Below the pieces are notes generated by a model. It saw only the letters and a list, made by a program, of their open reading frames with translations. It ran no database searches and was not told the origin of the DNA. A DNA stretch of 63,127 nucleotides, the filler included, from Globobulimina sp. (taxonomy: Eukaryota), in NCBI GenBank assembly GCA_003354225.1. It is 14 parts of 14 records of this genome, joined end to end, with 100 filler letters (N's around TTAATTAATTAA, not from the genome) between each part and the next. Parts side by side here need not be neighbours in the genome. Positions count along the whole stretch, not along the records: positions 1 to 4,422 come from PIVH01001259.1; positions 4,523 to 8,943 come from PIVH01001260.1; positions 9,044 to 13,463 come from PIVH01001261.1; 11 more parts are not named here. One strand, 5' to 3'. Positions 1 to 9,664 of the stretch are shown piece by piece. How positions within the stretch are numbered: position 1 is the first letter of the stretch; the number at the start of each line of letters is the position of its first letter. The position numbers were made by a program, and so were the translations under genes.

Positions 1-66
1 CAATTGGCATGAATTATCAGATTAGATGCAAAGCAAATGAGTTTAAAGTTTTTTGTTTAATAAATC

Positions 67-2388
67 ATGGGAAATGAAACTGGCAAAACAATTTCTGAAC
101 ACCATATTGCTAAACATGTTGTGCAGTACAATAGGTTTATGGATTGTCGCTCAAATCCATCACAGTGTGTGTGTATTATGAGATTGATAAAATATTCAAA
201 ATATTGTGAATCTTTGGATCTGATGGACCATAATGATCAAATACAATTTGTGGTATTCTCTTCAAAAGTATACGAGTCATTGCTTAATGATTATATACAT
301 ATTGTGACTCGACATAATAATCATTCAAAACAGATTTTCAATTTAATCGGAAGAAAATACAAAATGATACAATGCAAACTGATAGCTTGCTCATTAGCTA
401 AACTACAAAATAAATGTAAAGCAGCAAATATTTACCATTCAATATCAAGCGAGTTGATATTTTACCGCAATATATTAAATTGTATACATTGTTATTTTTA
501 TCATCACTCAAATGAGTCAATGACTGATAAAAAAGATAAATCTATAGCTAGATTGTATAAATTAAATAACAAAAAATTTAGTATCAATATCATTGCTCGG
601 CATTCTAACGATGATTGTCCTGAATCAGATGTAACATTTCTAGATAAATTATACATTTATTTGTATAAAAATGCAGCAGCTTTGCATGTTAATTTAACCC
701 AGTTTATGTCCACAATTTATGCGGATGAATATGATACAGAATCATTGCTGTATTCAATGACATATCCAAATCTTGCAACAAACATTGTAAGCAATGCAAA
801 TAAAATTGTTTGCGTATCAATTCAACAATTTACATCCATACAAAAAGACTATTATTTTAATACAGGATTTACATTTTATTATTGGAATTTTTATGTTGCA
901 AACACAAAAATGGACAATCAATTTGGTGAAGAATATCAATTTGGTGAATTATTCGTTCATAAAAAATACGAAACATTGAAAGCGGAACTCTTAAACAATA
1001 TAATTTATCCAATAAAGCTGTATCAATTTGATATTTCATTGAAAAAAGCAAATAAATATATGAATACAATAAAAGTAAGAAGTATTAGTGTGTGCGGTGA
1101 AGATTTGCTCCATTATGAAATTCCAAAAGGGAGCAAACTGAGTGTCTCGAATTTATTAAGTATTATATTATATTGTGATTGGATTGAACTGAGCGTAGCA
1201 TTTATTGATACATTTATAAAAAGGGATTCATCACAAACATTGACAAGTGTTAAAAGAAGAAATGAAGAATTTGCAATTTGGTCGAAATTGTTGCGCGAAA
1301 CAGTGGGATATTTTGGTAAAATACATGTTGGCCCATTCTTTGTTTGGACGAATATTAATATAAATATGAAACAATTTAACCTTAAACTGTCAGCACCAGT
1401 AAGTACATCAAACAAAATGGAAGTTGTAATGAACGGGAATGGGCATGGAATGATATTGCAACTAAATAACAAATATAACAGTGTGAAATGTTGGAATTGT
1501 GCGTGGTTAAGTAATTTTGTCGGAGAAAATGAATATTTGTTTATTGGTGGTGATGTCCACAGATCATTGGTTATTGAAAATATTCGTATGATAAATTATC
1601 AATTTACTATTAATTGCAAGCAATTTTTCAAAGCAATGTATTATTTTGAATGTATGATTGATGGGAAAGAGATGATTGAAAGGATAAGCGAAGAATATAT
1701 TGACTGTATTCATATGATATTATCAAATTTAATCAAACATAAATTAAAAGCGAATGGTTTTGTGAATAAATATCCACAATTTATGAACGATATATTTCAT
1801 TGTTTCGTGTCGAACAAGATAGTGATTAATATTAATTTAAATAATTTACTGAAATATTTTAAGAAATTGCATGGTTTAATAACAACCAAAATATCAATAT
1901 CATCATATTCGACAACTGGAATGACTGGAATTAATTTATGGAAACCAATCATATTTAGGCTGTTTAAAAAGGTCAAACATATTAATATTTATACATTTGG
2001 TGTGGTAAAAAAAGTGAATTTATTTAAGTTTGCTGCAACCCGACGTATGCATAATAGAGAGAATATTATTGATTATGCAATTAATTTATGGGATTTGTTA
2101 AAGCTGCTTGGATGTTCATATACATTCATTGGAAATGATACAGAGATTATTATAAAAGCAGCGAGAAATATTAAATATAATAATAGCTGGATATTAAAAG
2201 AGTGGCAAACATCTATGCAAGTAATAAAATCAAAATATAAACAAAAATGTTATAAAGTAAATGTCATTGCACCTGATCAATTTAACAATAATGCAATAAT
2301 TGAAGATTGTTTCATTATAAAAAAGATACCCTCTGCATCGTTATGCATGCAAAGATCAAGAAAAATAACGGCACCAATCCATGACTAG
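67..2388 (+). CDS. 773-aa protein with a central ADP-ribosyltransferase-like (R-S-E clade) domain
   Basis: Long intact ORF; helical pre-ART segment 'LLSIILYCDW..WSKLLRETV', then 'APVSTS', 'GMILQL' and 'WLSNFVGENEYLF' (STS and ExE-type motifs); the first-strand Arg position is not conserved. Confidence 0.55.
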   Translation: MGNETGKTISEHHIAKHVVQYNRFMDCRSNPSQCVCIMRLIKYSKYCESLDLMDHNDQIQFVVFSSKVYESLLNDYIHIVTRHNNHSKQIFNLIGRKYKMIQCKLIACSLAKLQNKCKAANIYHSISSELIFYRNILNCIHCYFYHHSNESMTDKKDKSIARLYKLNNKKFSINIIARHSNDDCPESDVTFLDKLYIYLYKNAAALHVNLTQFMSTIYADEYDTESLLYSMTYPNLATNIVSNANKIVCVSIQQFTSIQKDYYFNTGFTFYYWNFYVANTKMDNQFGEEYQFGELFVHKKYETLKAELLNNIIYPIKLYQFDISLKKANKYMNTIKVRSISVCGEDLLHYEIPKGSKLSVSNLLSIILYCDWIELSVAFIDTFIKRDSSQTLTSVKRRNEEFAIWSKLLRETVGYFGKIHVGPFFVWTNININMKQFNLKLSAPVSTSNKMEVVMNGNGHGMILQLNNKYNSVKCWNCAWLSNFVGENEYLFIGGDVHRSLVIENIRMINYQFTINCKQFFKAMYYFECMIDGKEMIERISEEYIDCIHMILSNLIKHKLKANGFVNKYPQFMNDIFHCFVSNKIVININLNNLLKYFKKLHGLITTKISISSYSTTGMTGINLWKPIIFRLFKKVKHINIYTFGVVKKVNLFKFAATRRMHNRENIIDYAINLWDLLKLLGCSYTFIGNDTEIIIKAARNIKYNNSWILKEWQTSMQVIKSKYKQKCYKVNVIAPDQFNNNAIIEDCFIIKKIPSASLCMQRSRKITAPIHD

Positions 2389-2539
2389 TTGATTGAAAAT
2401 ATTGTTGTTTTGGGGTTTCTGTGATAAAGTATACTTCATCGACCTCATAAAAGTAGAAACGAAAAACACAATCCCATGCAAACAAATTTTGGTAATATAA
2501 TTTCATAATTACCATAAAGCAATCATGGTCCATTACAAA

Positions 2540-3564
2540 CTATCTTCTGAGAGACACAGTTTGTATTCCATTCTTTTCATCTAATATTAACAATGAAAAC
2601 CTATTGCTAAAGTCATCCCAGTCAAGACTCCGTGCAATTAAAATTTCACATTCATCCGGAAATTTAGATATCCATGAAACATCACAACAATATACTCCGG
2701 GGCCATCATATTGACGTTCTTTACAACCTCGAAACGATTTATCAACTCCAATAAGCATTCCTTCACCATTCATAAACGACATAGCTACATCTTTAACCCA
2801 CGACGTTGAGGTATACGTTGGGAAATAACCGCATACTATTTCTTTTTTATTTAATTTTACGTTATTTATATAATCCAGAATATAATTTATATGATCCATA
2901 TTCTTTAATACTTAATTCAAAAATTGCTTCATACAAACAAAAGTCAAACCATTTCCACGTTTCATAATCTCCACTTCTTTGACTTGAGCATAGTTTATAA
3001 TTACAATCACAGCCAGTGTATAACACCAACGCTAACATATGATCCCTCCTTAAACGACTCCCCATTTGTTTATGTCGAATATGATTTAATTTATCATCCA
3101 CTACACATAACAGAGAATAATCACAATGTTCACACACATCATTTGCTACACATTCTAAACATAAATCATATTTGTGTCCATTATTAATTACTTCTTCTAT
3201 TAAAGCATGAATATATCCATCCTTCCAACGGGTACTTACACATTTTTCTTTGTCATGCTGTGTTAAATATTTTTCACGATCAACGTTAACATTCGTGGGG
3301 TGATATTTGGGATGATTTTGTTCTGTTTTTGTATTGACAAGGATTTATTTGTCGTTGATTTCTGGGAGGATGTCTATATATTTTCACATGACATCGATCA
3401 TCCAATCGGTTTCCTCCATTTTCCAATCTAATAAATGCTGTACATGTTAAATAGTATTTGCACGTTGGTTTATCCTGGAATTCATTCTCAAAATGTGTAA
3501 ATTCGTATAAATGATTCAAATTCGTTTCTGAAAATTTATAATCAACTTTTTTATACCTGTGCAA
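2540..3564 (-). pseudogene. Frameshifted ADP-ribosyltransferase-like gene
   Basis: Pieces 3286-3564, ~3140-3225 (DGYIHALIEEVINNG), 2862-3137 and 2540-2870 lie in different frames but read as one protein: 'MLALVLYTG', 'LYSGL', 'FPTYTSTSW', 'VSWISKFPDECEIL'; breaks near 2865, 3140 and 3290. Confidence 0.65.
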
Positions 3565-3750
3565 TGTGTGGTGTCCCTATCCAGTACACACCTGGGCCAA
3601 TGAATGCTCTGGTATCAATTATGTGGTGTGCCTATCTTGCATACACCAGCGCACATAAATTCATTGTGGTGTGTACCTGGTCAGATAAATGCCCTAGTAT
3701 AAAAATGTGTGGTGTGCCTATCTTGCATACACCAGCGCACATGAATGCAC
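3563..3750. repeat. Three imperfect tandem copies of a ~35-nt hairpin-forming unit
   Basis: TGTGGTGTGCCTATCTTGCATACACCAGCGCACAT at ~3622 and ~3708, with a diverged copy at ~3565; TGGTGT/ACACCA and ATGTG/CACAT can pair. Confidence 0.7.
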
Positions 3751-4353
3751 TGGAATCACCAAGAGTGACTTTGGATGCCATGTACCATATATATTTGTAC
3801 ATAAGCGCACTATAGTGCTCTTGTTCATATACCAAAGTGGACAATATTTAACTTTTCATTATTTTCACAAGACATATATTATGCGTCATCAAAATCTTAT
3901 AAATTGGGTGGTTTTATGACTGTATTGGATTTGGTTTATATCTCAACTGATATTGAAGTGATCCTACTTGTAGACGTCAGGGCATGTGTATGCCCTGATG
4001 CTGTACAGAGTGCAGTGTGTGAAAATATAGATTCACTTGGCGACTGTTGCAGGCTGAATACGTAGTTTTTAATAGAAGGAATGCATTCTAATTTCACAAT
4101 GTGCAACTATGATGCACAAAGTGACCGCAACTTCTCTCCCTTTGACTGCAGGAACAAGTGAGACTCATTCTTGATAGCATATCGTGTAAGGGTCTATCCA
4201 TGTACCTGCAGTAGTTCTGGAACATACTGTCGGTCTACGTATTACAGTAGTGTTCCCGATAAGAGATACGCATATTAGTACTAATATATATATTATACTG
4301 CTAATATATTGAATAAATGGTGGACCTGTCAAGGGATAATAAATAAAACAATC

Positions 4354-4422
4354 ACTGATAAAAAAGATAAATCTATAGCTAGATTGTATAAATTAAATAA
4401 CAAAAAATTTAGTATCAATATC
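4354..4422 (+). repeat. 69-nt exact copy of 523-591 (internal part of the first ORF) at the contig end
   Basis: ACTGATAAAAAAGATAAATCTATAGCTAGATTG...AGTATCAATATC is identical at both positions. Confidence 0.9.
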
Positions 4423-4522
4423 NNNNNNNNNNNNNNNNNNNNNNNNNNNNNNNNNNNNNNNNNNNNTTAATTAATTAANNNNNNNNNNNNNNNNNNNNNN
4501 NNNNNNNNNNNNNNNNNNNNNN
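4423..4522. other. Artificial contig-joining spacer (first of 13; others at 8944, 13464, 17984, 22502, 27020, 31538, 36055, 40569, 45083, 49596, 54109, 58619)
   Basis: Identical N44-TTAATTAATTAA-N44 blocks (stops in all six frames) every ~4.5 kb; flanking sequences are unrelated. Confidence 0.98.
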
Positions 4523-5114
4523 ATCGCAATCTCCGTGCGCCTATTAAAGATGTATCATTATTCAATTGCAAATCTAATGACAGAGAAACACCACCAACAG
4601 CATTGCTTGGTTGTGTATCGCGAATCGTTGAGGGCAATGTATCCAATTCAGTCGTTGTTATAGTGGCGGCCAATGAGTTACGGAGTCCTGATAACGTTGT
4701 CGGGAATGTGTCACCCAAAGAGGGCGAAAGATGTGGCAGCAAAGATGCATCCATTTCATATTTAGAAGATGCCGGGACAAAAGATGGAGCATTTACATTC
4801 AAACTCTCTTTTGCTGCATTCCCAGATCGTGCATCTACAACATCATCACGTGTTTGAGCATCAAGAGAATGAGTCAAAGCATTATCTGACATCTCCCGCA
4901 ATGAGTCATCATTTGTCGCATCCAAAGCATTCACCATTGTATCTAATGCACGATCACCTGATTTAGAGTCATTATCATTGCGATTTCTATTTCTATCCAT
5001 ACGCACATTCGCAAGTGTACATATATCGCATCTCCATTCATTACACGTAACAGGTACTGTTTGCGAATGGCCACAAGCATCACAAATGAGGTCAAATGCC
5101 TTGATATCATCCAT
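4523..5114 (-). CDS. Second ORF (3'-truncated) with N-terminal Zn ribbon and PAM2-like motif
   Basis: ATG at 5114 overlaps the ORF1 stop (ATGGATGA); 'CDACG-x11-WRCDIC' RanBP2-like finger; 'SLNVNAPSFVP'; frame open to the contig end. Confidence 0.6.
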
Positions 5115-8100
5115 CAAAACTCTCCGCATTAGCATCAATAACGGAATCATCAGTGACTACATTTGGATTCATCGTGAGATTGACCGCTGTGTTTATTACG
5201 TCATTCTGCTTCAATTCTAAATCATTTTCCGTCGATTCTGCGCGAGATACGGGTGCCTGTACACGATTGGTACGGTCCGTAATATCAAGGATAGTGTGTA
5301 CATTATCTTTATCTGCGCGTTTCTGTGTCTTTTCATATTCATCATAAGCCAAACTACGCAATTTCTGTGGCATATGCTGGCGATATTGGTATGTTGCAGC
5401 AGTATATTCTCGCACCGTAGCCATAGATAACAATTTAGTCCAATTCATAACTGGATAGTCATCCCTCCACAGCAAATAACCTATATTATCAATCAAAAAT
5501 GCATTCGTAAAAGGGATACCTAAGTGTTTAACATCAACAATATTCGAAATCGATTGCAAGGGATCTTTATTAAACTGTCGCCAGAAGACCTCCATACGTT
5601 GGTAACCTCTGTCAAAATTACGAATGGCCATATAATGCTGCACAACCATGGCGGCATGGTACAGATCACCGTTATTTATAAGACCCCCTTTATGACCATA
5701 TAAAGGATCAAATTTAGCATAATCATTCGTAATGGGATTAATCGGACTATAATCAAAGACATCCGATTCCAAAAAGTCATTGATATCGAGGGCTGTATCA
5801 GGCATTGATTGTAAATACAACAAATTCTTCCTCGTTCGCGGTTTATTTCGGATATAAACAGGATTGCGAGGACTGGGAAACTCCGAGGAAACAGCACCAG
5901 ATTTAGCAGGTACAGAAACATCAACTTTTCGCTCAGACACATCAGCGACAGGTATCGGTGCATGGTCTCTCGCAAAACGTGAACTATTCACTTTTAATAC
6001 ATTTGGTTTTTGTAATATCTGTCCAGGTTTAAGCGGAGCAGAGGTGGCTTTAAGTACAGTTGCATAGGATTGACGTGTCGGATTTGTAGCAATTCGTGCC
6101 GGAGGACGCAAAATCGACGAAACCGGGAACAAATGATCTCTCTCATTCGCTACTTGCTGTACCGGCATATGCTGCACTGTCGGATTTAAAGACATATGTG
6201 GCGGGTCACGATGGCCATATTTACCCCGGTTTTTATAACTAATATTAACAGATTGCGCAGTACGAATACATCGCAACTTCGAAGATACGAATCGTTTGCT
6301 TGGAATAACGCGTCTGCGATCATTACGGCGTTGCTGTTGTCGCGGGACAGATTTCAAAGCAGAGGGATTACTGAGCTGCTCCGCGAAGGTGATATTATTT
6401 ACGGCCGTGGCTCTTTCACCAATGCCAGCTATCTCCGCGAGGTAATTTGTGGTTTTATTATGAAAAAACTCAATATATCGATGGTCCGATGGTACATATG
6501 ATTGTAATTCATCCTCATTGGTAGGATAATGACGATCAAACATCACCACATCGGTACCACACCATTGCTGACAGGATTTATATCGACCTATTTTACACGT
6601 TACCAAACCACTATAAAAGATATCTACAGAATAAAGCATTGAGCCATTGGCCTCAATCTCAGATTTAAATATTTTTATTCGTTGCGGATGCCACGGGACA
6701 TTGACATGCGATCTATTGCGTACATTGTGACTCAAAACGTAATTTGGGTGCGCTGCCAAATCAAATTTAGACGCCACACAGAAATTCTGTTCCAAAGAGT
6801 CAATGTGATATAAAGACCGTTCATCAGCAGGCCGGAAACCGGAATTATTATCAGAATCGCGCACATTTAACATATTAATTCCACTCAAAGTATATTTATT
6901 ATTATGCGCAAAGACAATCTGATTTGGTTCATACAAACGTGTCTGATCACCCATTGGGGCCTCGGAATCTGGGATGAAACGACGCATCAAGCCATCAACC
7001 ACAATAACACGGTACTTGGCAATGGAGATAATGATCCCTTTGGTCTCCACAAACAGACTGGCTCTCGCATTCCAAGATTGAATCAAATCATCAGTATACA
7101 GCCACGGATACAAAACCAAAGCAGTGTCACCCGCAGTATATTGGCACATATTAACGTCTTTGTGGAACCAATTGCCAGTTAAGAGCATAATTTCATTAAT
7201 CTTAAAACGTTTCTGTGTAATCAAAGATAGACAATACTCAATCCTGGCTTTATTCGCATCGGATTTTGTCAAACTAGGAGGGAGATGGCGAATATATAAT
7301 GTTTCATGCTTAATGCCCATAATCCGAAAACGAAAATTCTTGCCCAAAGCCATATAACCAGGCCAAGAGTCAATGGGCGACGGTCTAATATGTATAGTCC
7401 GGCGGTCTGCCACCGATCGCCAAGGATTCTGAAAGGGACAAATCTCATGGTATTCATCAATATATTTCGGATTAGTATTATCAGCAGCAATCATTTTCTG
7501 CGTCAAACTAATTTCACGATTCAGGCAATAAATATTTATCAACAAATCAACAAATTGTTCTTCAAACATCTTATCAGAACAATAACATTTAAACAGCAGA
7601 TATTGATCCGTTACGTCATCAGGATTGCAATGCATATTAACATCGCGATAGCCAAAGCTAAGGATATCACGGAAGCCACGCCACCCATTTTTGGCATATA
7701 TATAATCGAACGACATCATATACGCCAATATGCGGGGATTAACATCGTCGTTAACATTACCATTAATATTGCCATCGGGAATCACTTTTGGTGCAGGTTT
7801 GTGAGGTTTTGAGTTACTTTGTGACTGTTTCCCCGCAAACTTGTTTGTTTTCACAGTCAGATCAGACATTTTCAAATCACTTTCAAGCTCAGCAGAGGAA
7901 GACGACGAAAAGTACGAATCATCCAAAATGGAAACATTATTACGGATATCGCGACTCATCATCAATTTTTCATGCTTAATGGTCTCAATATAATCATTAT
8001 TCAATACAGCACCATCAAACATAATTTTTTTATACCAATATCGGTTCGAAGCACGTTTGCGTCCCTTCACAAACATAAAACCTTTACAAATGGGGGAAAT

Positions 8101-8664
8101 GTTTGAAATATCATTTTTATCCAAAGGCAAATGATAATACGCATGCTGGCGAGAGTCAGTAATGAATTGGATACATTGCCGGCCATATCGGCGAATAATC
8201 TGTTGTGTGGCGTTAATTTGTGATTGGAAACGAATACGATGTACAGGATCACTATGCAAAGGATCTGCATCATCGCCAACAACTGGAACAGAGGCAGGAA
8301 AAGATTGTTGTTGTCGGACAGAAAGTACTTCGACAGGACTGGATGCAACGTTGTTATTGTTACTGTTATTGGCGTTAATATCGTTACTGTTGCCAATATC
8401 GTTACTGTTGTTATGGGAAATGTTCTTCGGCGCATGTTTTTGATTATTTGTGTGATTGTTATTGTTATTACCATATTTAAGTTTATGTTGTGAGACTGTT
8501 GGGCGTTGTTGATATGCAAAAGGATATTGTATATTGCATTTGGTACATGTCCAAGTAGTCTGCTTAGTGTGCATATCACCTTTGTATGTAGTTGCGCAGG
8601 CATCACAAAATGGTCTCCGCAATATTCTACCTGTAATGGAATCGACCGCATAATCTTGATTCAT
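5107..8664 (-). CDS. 1185-aa ORF1/gag-like nucleic-acid-binding protein
   Basis: N-terminal CDAC-x16-WTCTKC zinc ribbon, Asn-rich linker, RRM-like 'TLYIRHLP..TALVLY..IIISIA', basic R-rich tract. Confidence 0.6.
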   Translation of the reverse strand: MNQDYAVDSITGRILRRPFCDACATTYKGDMHTKQTTWTCTKCNIQYPFAYQQRPTVSQHKLKYGNNNNNHTNNQKHAPKNISHNNSNDIGNSNDINANNSNNNNVASSPVEVLSVRQQQSFPASVPVVGDDADPLHSDPVHRIRFQSQINATQQIIRRYGRQCIQFITDSRQHAYYHLPLDKNDISNISPICKGFMFVKGRKRASNRYWYKKIMFDGAVLNNDYIETIKHEKLMMSRDIRNNVSILDDSYFSSSSSAELESDLKMSDLTVKTNKFAGKQSQSNSKPHKPAPKVIPDGNINGNVNDDVNPRILAYMMSFDYIYAKNGWRGFRDILSFGYRDVNMHCNPDDVTDQYLLFKCYCSDKMFEEQFVDLLINIYCLNREISLTQKMIAADNTNPKYIDEYHEICPFQNPWRSVADRRTIHIRPSPIDSWPGYMALGKNFRFRIMGIKHETLYIRHLPPSLTKSDANKARIEYCLSLITQKRFKINEIMLLTGNWFHKDVNMCQYTAGDTALVLYPWLYTDDLIQSWNARASLFVETKGIIISIAKYRVIVVDGLMRRFIPDSEAPMGDQTRLYEPNQIVFAHNNKYTLSGINMLNVRDSDNNSGFRPADERSLYHIDSLEQNFCVASKFDLAAHPNYVLSHNVRNRSHVNVPWHPQRIKIFKSEIEANGSMLYSVDIFYSGLVTCKIGRYKSCQQWCGTDVVMFDRHYPTNEDELQSYVPSDHRYIEFFHNKTTNYLAEIAGIGERATAVNNITFAEQLSNPSALKSVPRQQQRRNDRRRVIPSKRFVSSKLRCIRTAQSVNISYKNRGKYGHRDPPHMSLNPTVQHMPVQQVANERDHLFPVSSILRPPARIATNPTRQSYATVLKATSAPLKPGQILQKPNVLKVNSSRFARDHAPIPVADVSERKVDVSVPAKSGAVSSEFPSPRNPVYIRNKPRTRKNLLYLQSMPDTALDINDFLESDVFDYSPINPITNDYAKFDPLYGHKGGLINNGDLYHAAMVVQHYMAIRNFDRGYQRMEVFWRQFNKDPLQSISNIVDVKHLGIPFTNAFLIDNIGYLLWRDDYPVMNWTKLLSMATVREYTAATYQYRQHMPQKLRSLAYDEYEKTQKRADKDNVHTILDITDRTNRVQAPVSRAESTENDLELKQNDVINTAVNLTMNPNVVTDDSVIDANAESFDG

Positions 8665-8923
8665 ATTAATTATGATAGACGTGATATCGAAAGTGATGTG
8701 AATATAATATCAAATTAAGTAAGACTGTTTGGTTGACAAATAGAGTAAGATCACAATAAATGATAAAAACACAAATAAATGTATCTAAATAGAAGTTTAA
8801 GAGTATCACCGAACTACGGTATGATACACTTGGGCGTAATTTGGAATAAATAAGGTGAGCGGTAATAGGAGCGAAAATATAAGTAGTTAAGAAAAAGTCT
8901 AAAAAGCAAAAAGACGAAAGCAT

Positions 8924-8943
8924 GTAAGTAAGTAAGTAAGTAA
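8924..8943. repeat. (GTAA)5 microsatellite at contig end
   Basis: gtaagtaagtaagtaagtaa. Confidence 0.9.
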
Positions 8944-9664
8944 NNNNNNNNNNNNNNNNNNNNNNNNNNNNNNNNNNNNNNNNNNNNTTAATTAATTAAN
9001 NNNNNNNNNNNNNNNNNNNNNNNNNNNNNNNNNNNNNNNNNNNTGGACCGATAATATATCATACATTCCATTCCGTTGCCTTGTGTTTCAACATCCTATA
9101 CCGTACAAAAACAACCAGTTCAATCCATATGAATGTATTACACTTGCTGCGTTTTAACGATTTCTTTCTATTGGCATTGCTTTCTATTGCCATTTCTTTA
9201 ATAATTGTATATCCATTACATCGGCAGTATATTGTATAATTGATACCAGTAACTACACTGTCTGCCAGTCTCTACTTGATTAATTCATGTATTTTGTTCC
9301 ATTGGTTTCTGTCAATGTGTGTTTCATTGATGCTAGTAGTACATACTATATAGGGCTAGGTTCTCCAAGTAACAAGACGAACACATCCTTTGAAAAAAAA
9401 CAAAAACATGTTAGTCAGTTAAGTACATATGTTATAAAACTCATCGTTGACTGATTTCATTCTGATTGGTCAGATTTATTTTCTGATCTAAAATTCTGAC
9501 CTGATAGGCTGCTGTCCATCATTCTTGACCGTACGTTTGGAAAAAATGAATGTTATCCATTTTCAACCATAAAATATTTCTGAGCAGTATTGGTTACAAG
9601 AATAGCTGACAGAAATATTGCTACGGGACAACACCTTTAAAATTAGTTTACGATGCTTTATATG

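Larger units (their letters stand above)
4523..8943 (-). mobile_element. Probable 5' half (UTR + ORF1 + start of second ORF) of a large non-LTR retrotransposon
   Basis: Intronless 1185-aa ORF with a Zn ribbon, RRM-like segment and 'SYATVLK' motif, overlapping a second ORF; composition (Asp/Arg/His-rich, Glu/Lys-poor, CG-containing) resembles the LINE at 13564-17983 rather than host genes; no RT within the contig. Confidence 0.45.

Noticed and set aside
3563-3750. CRISPR-like repeat-spacer appearance
   Set aside because: Only 2-3 degenerate units, spacers partly repeat-derived, eukaryotic context, no cas genes
3975-4010. Helitron 3' hairpin
   Set aside because: No CTRR terminus at the expected distance on either strand
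9044-9600. Possible gene or ncRNA at the start of contig 3
   Set aside because: No sustained frame or recognisable motif found
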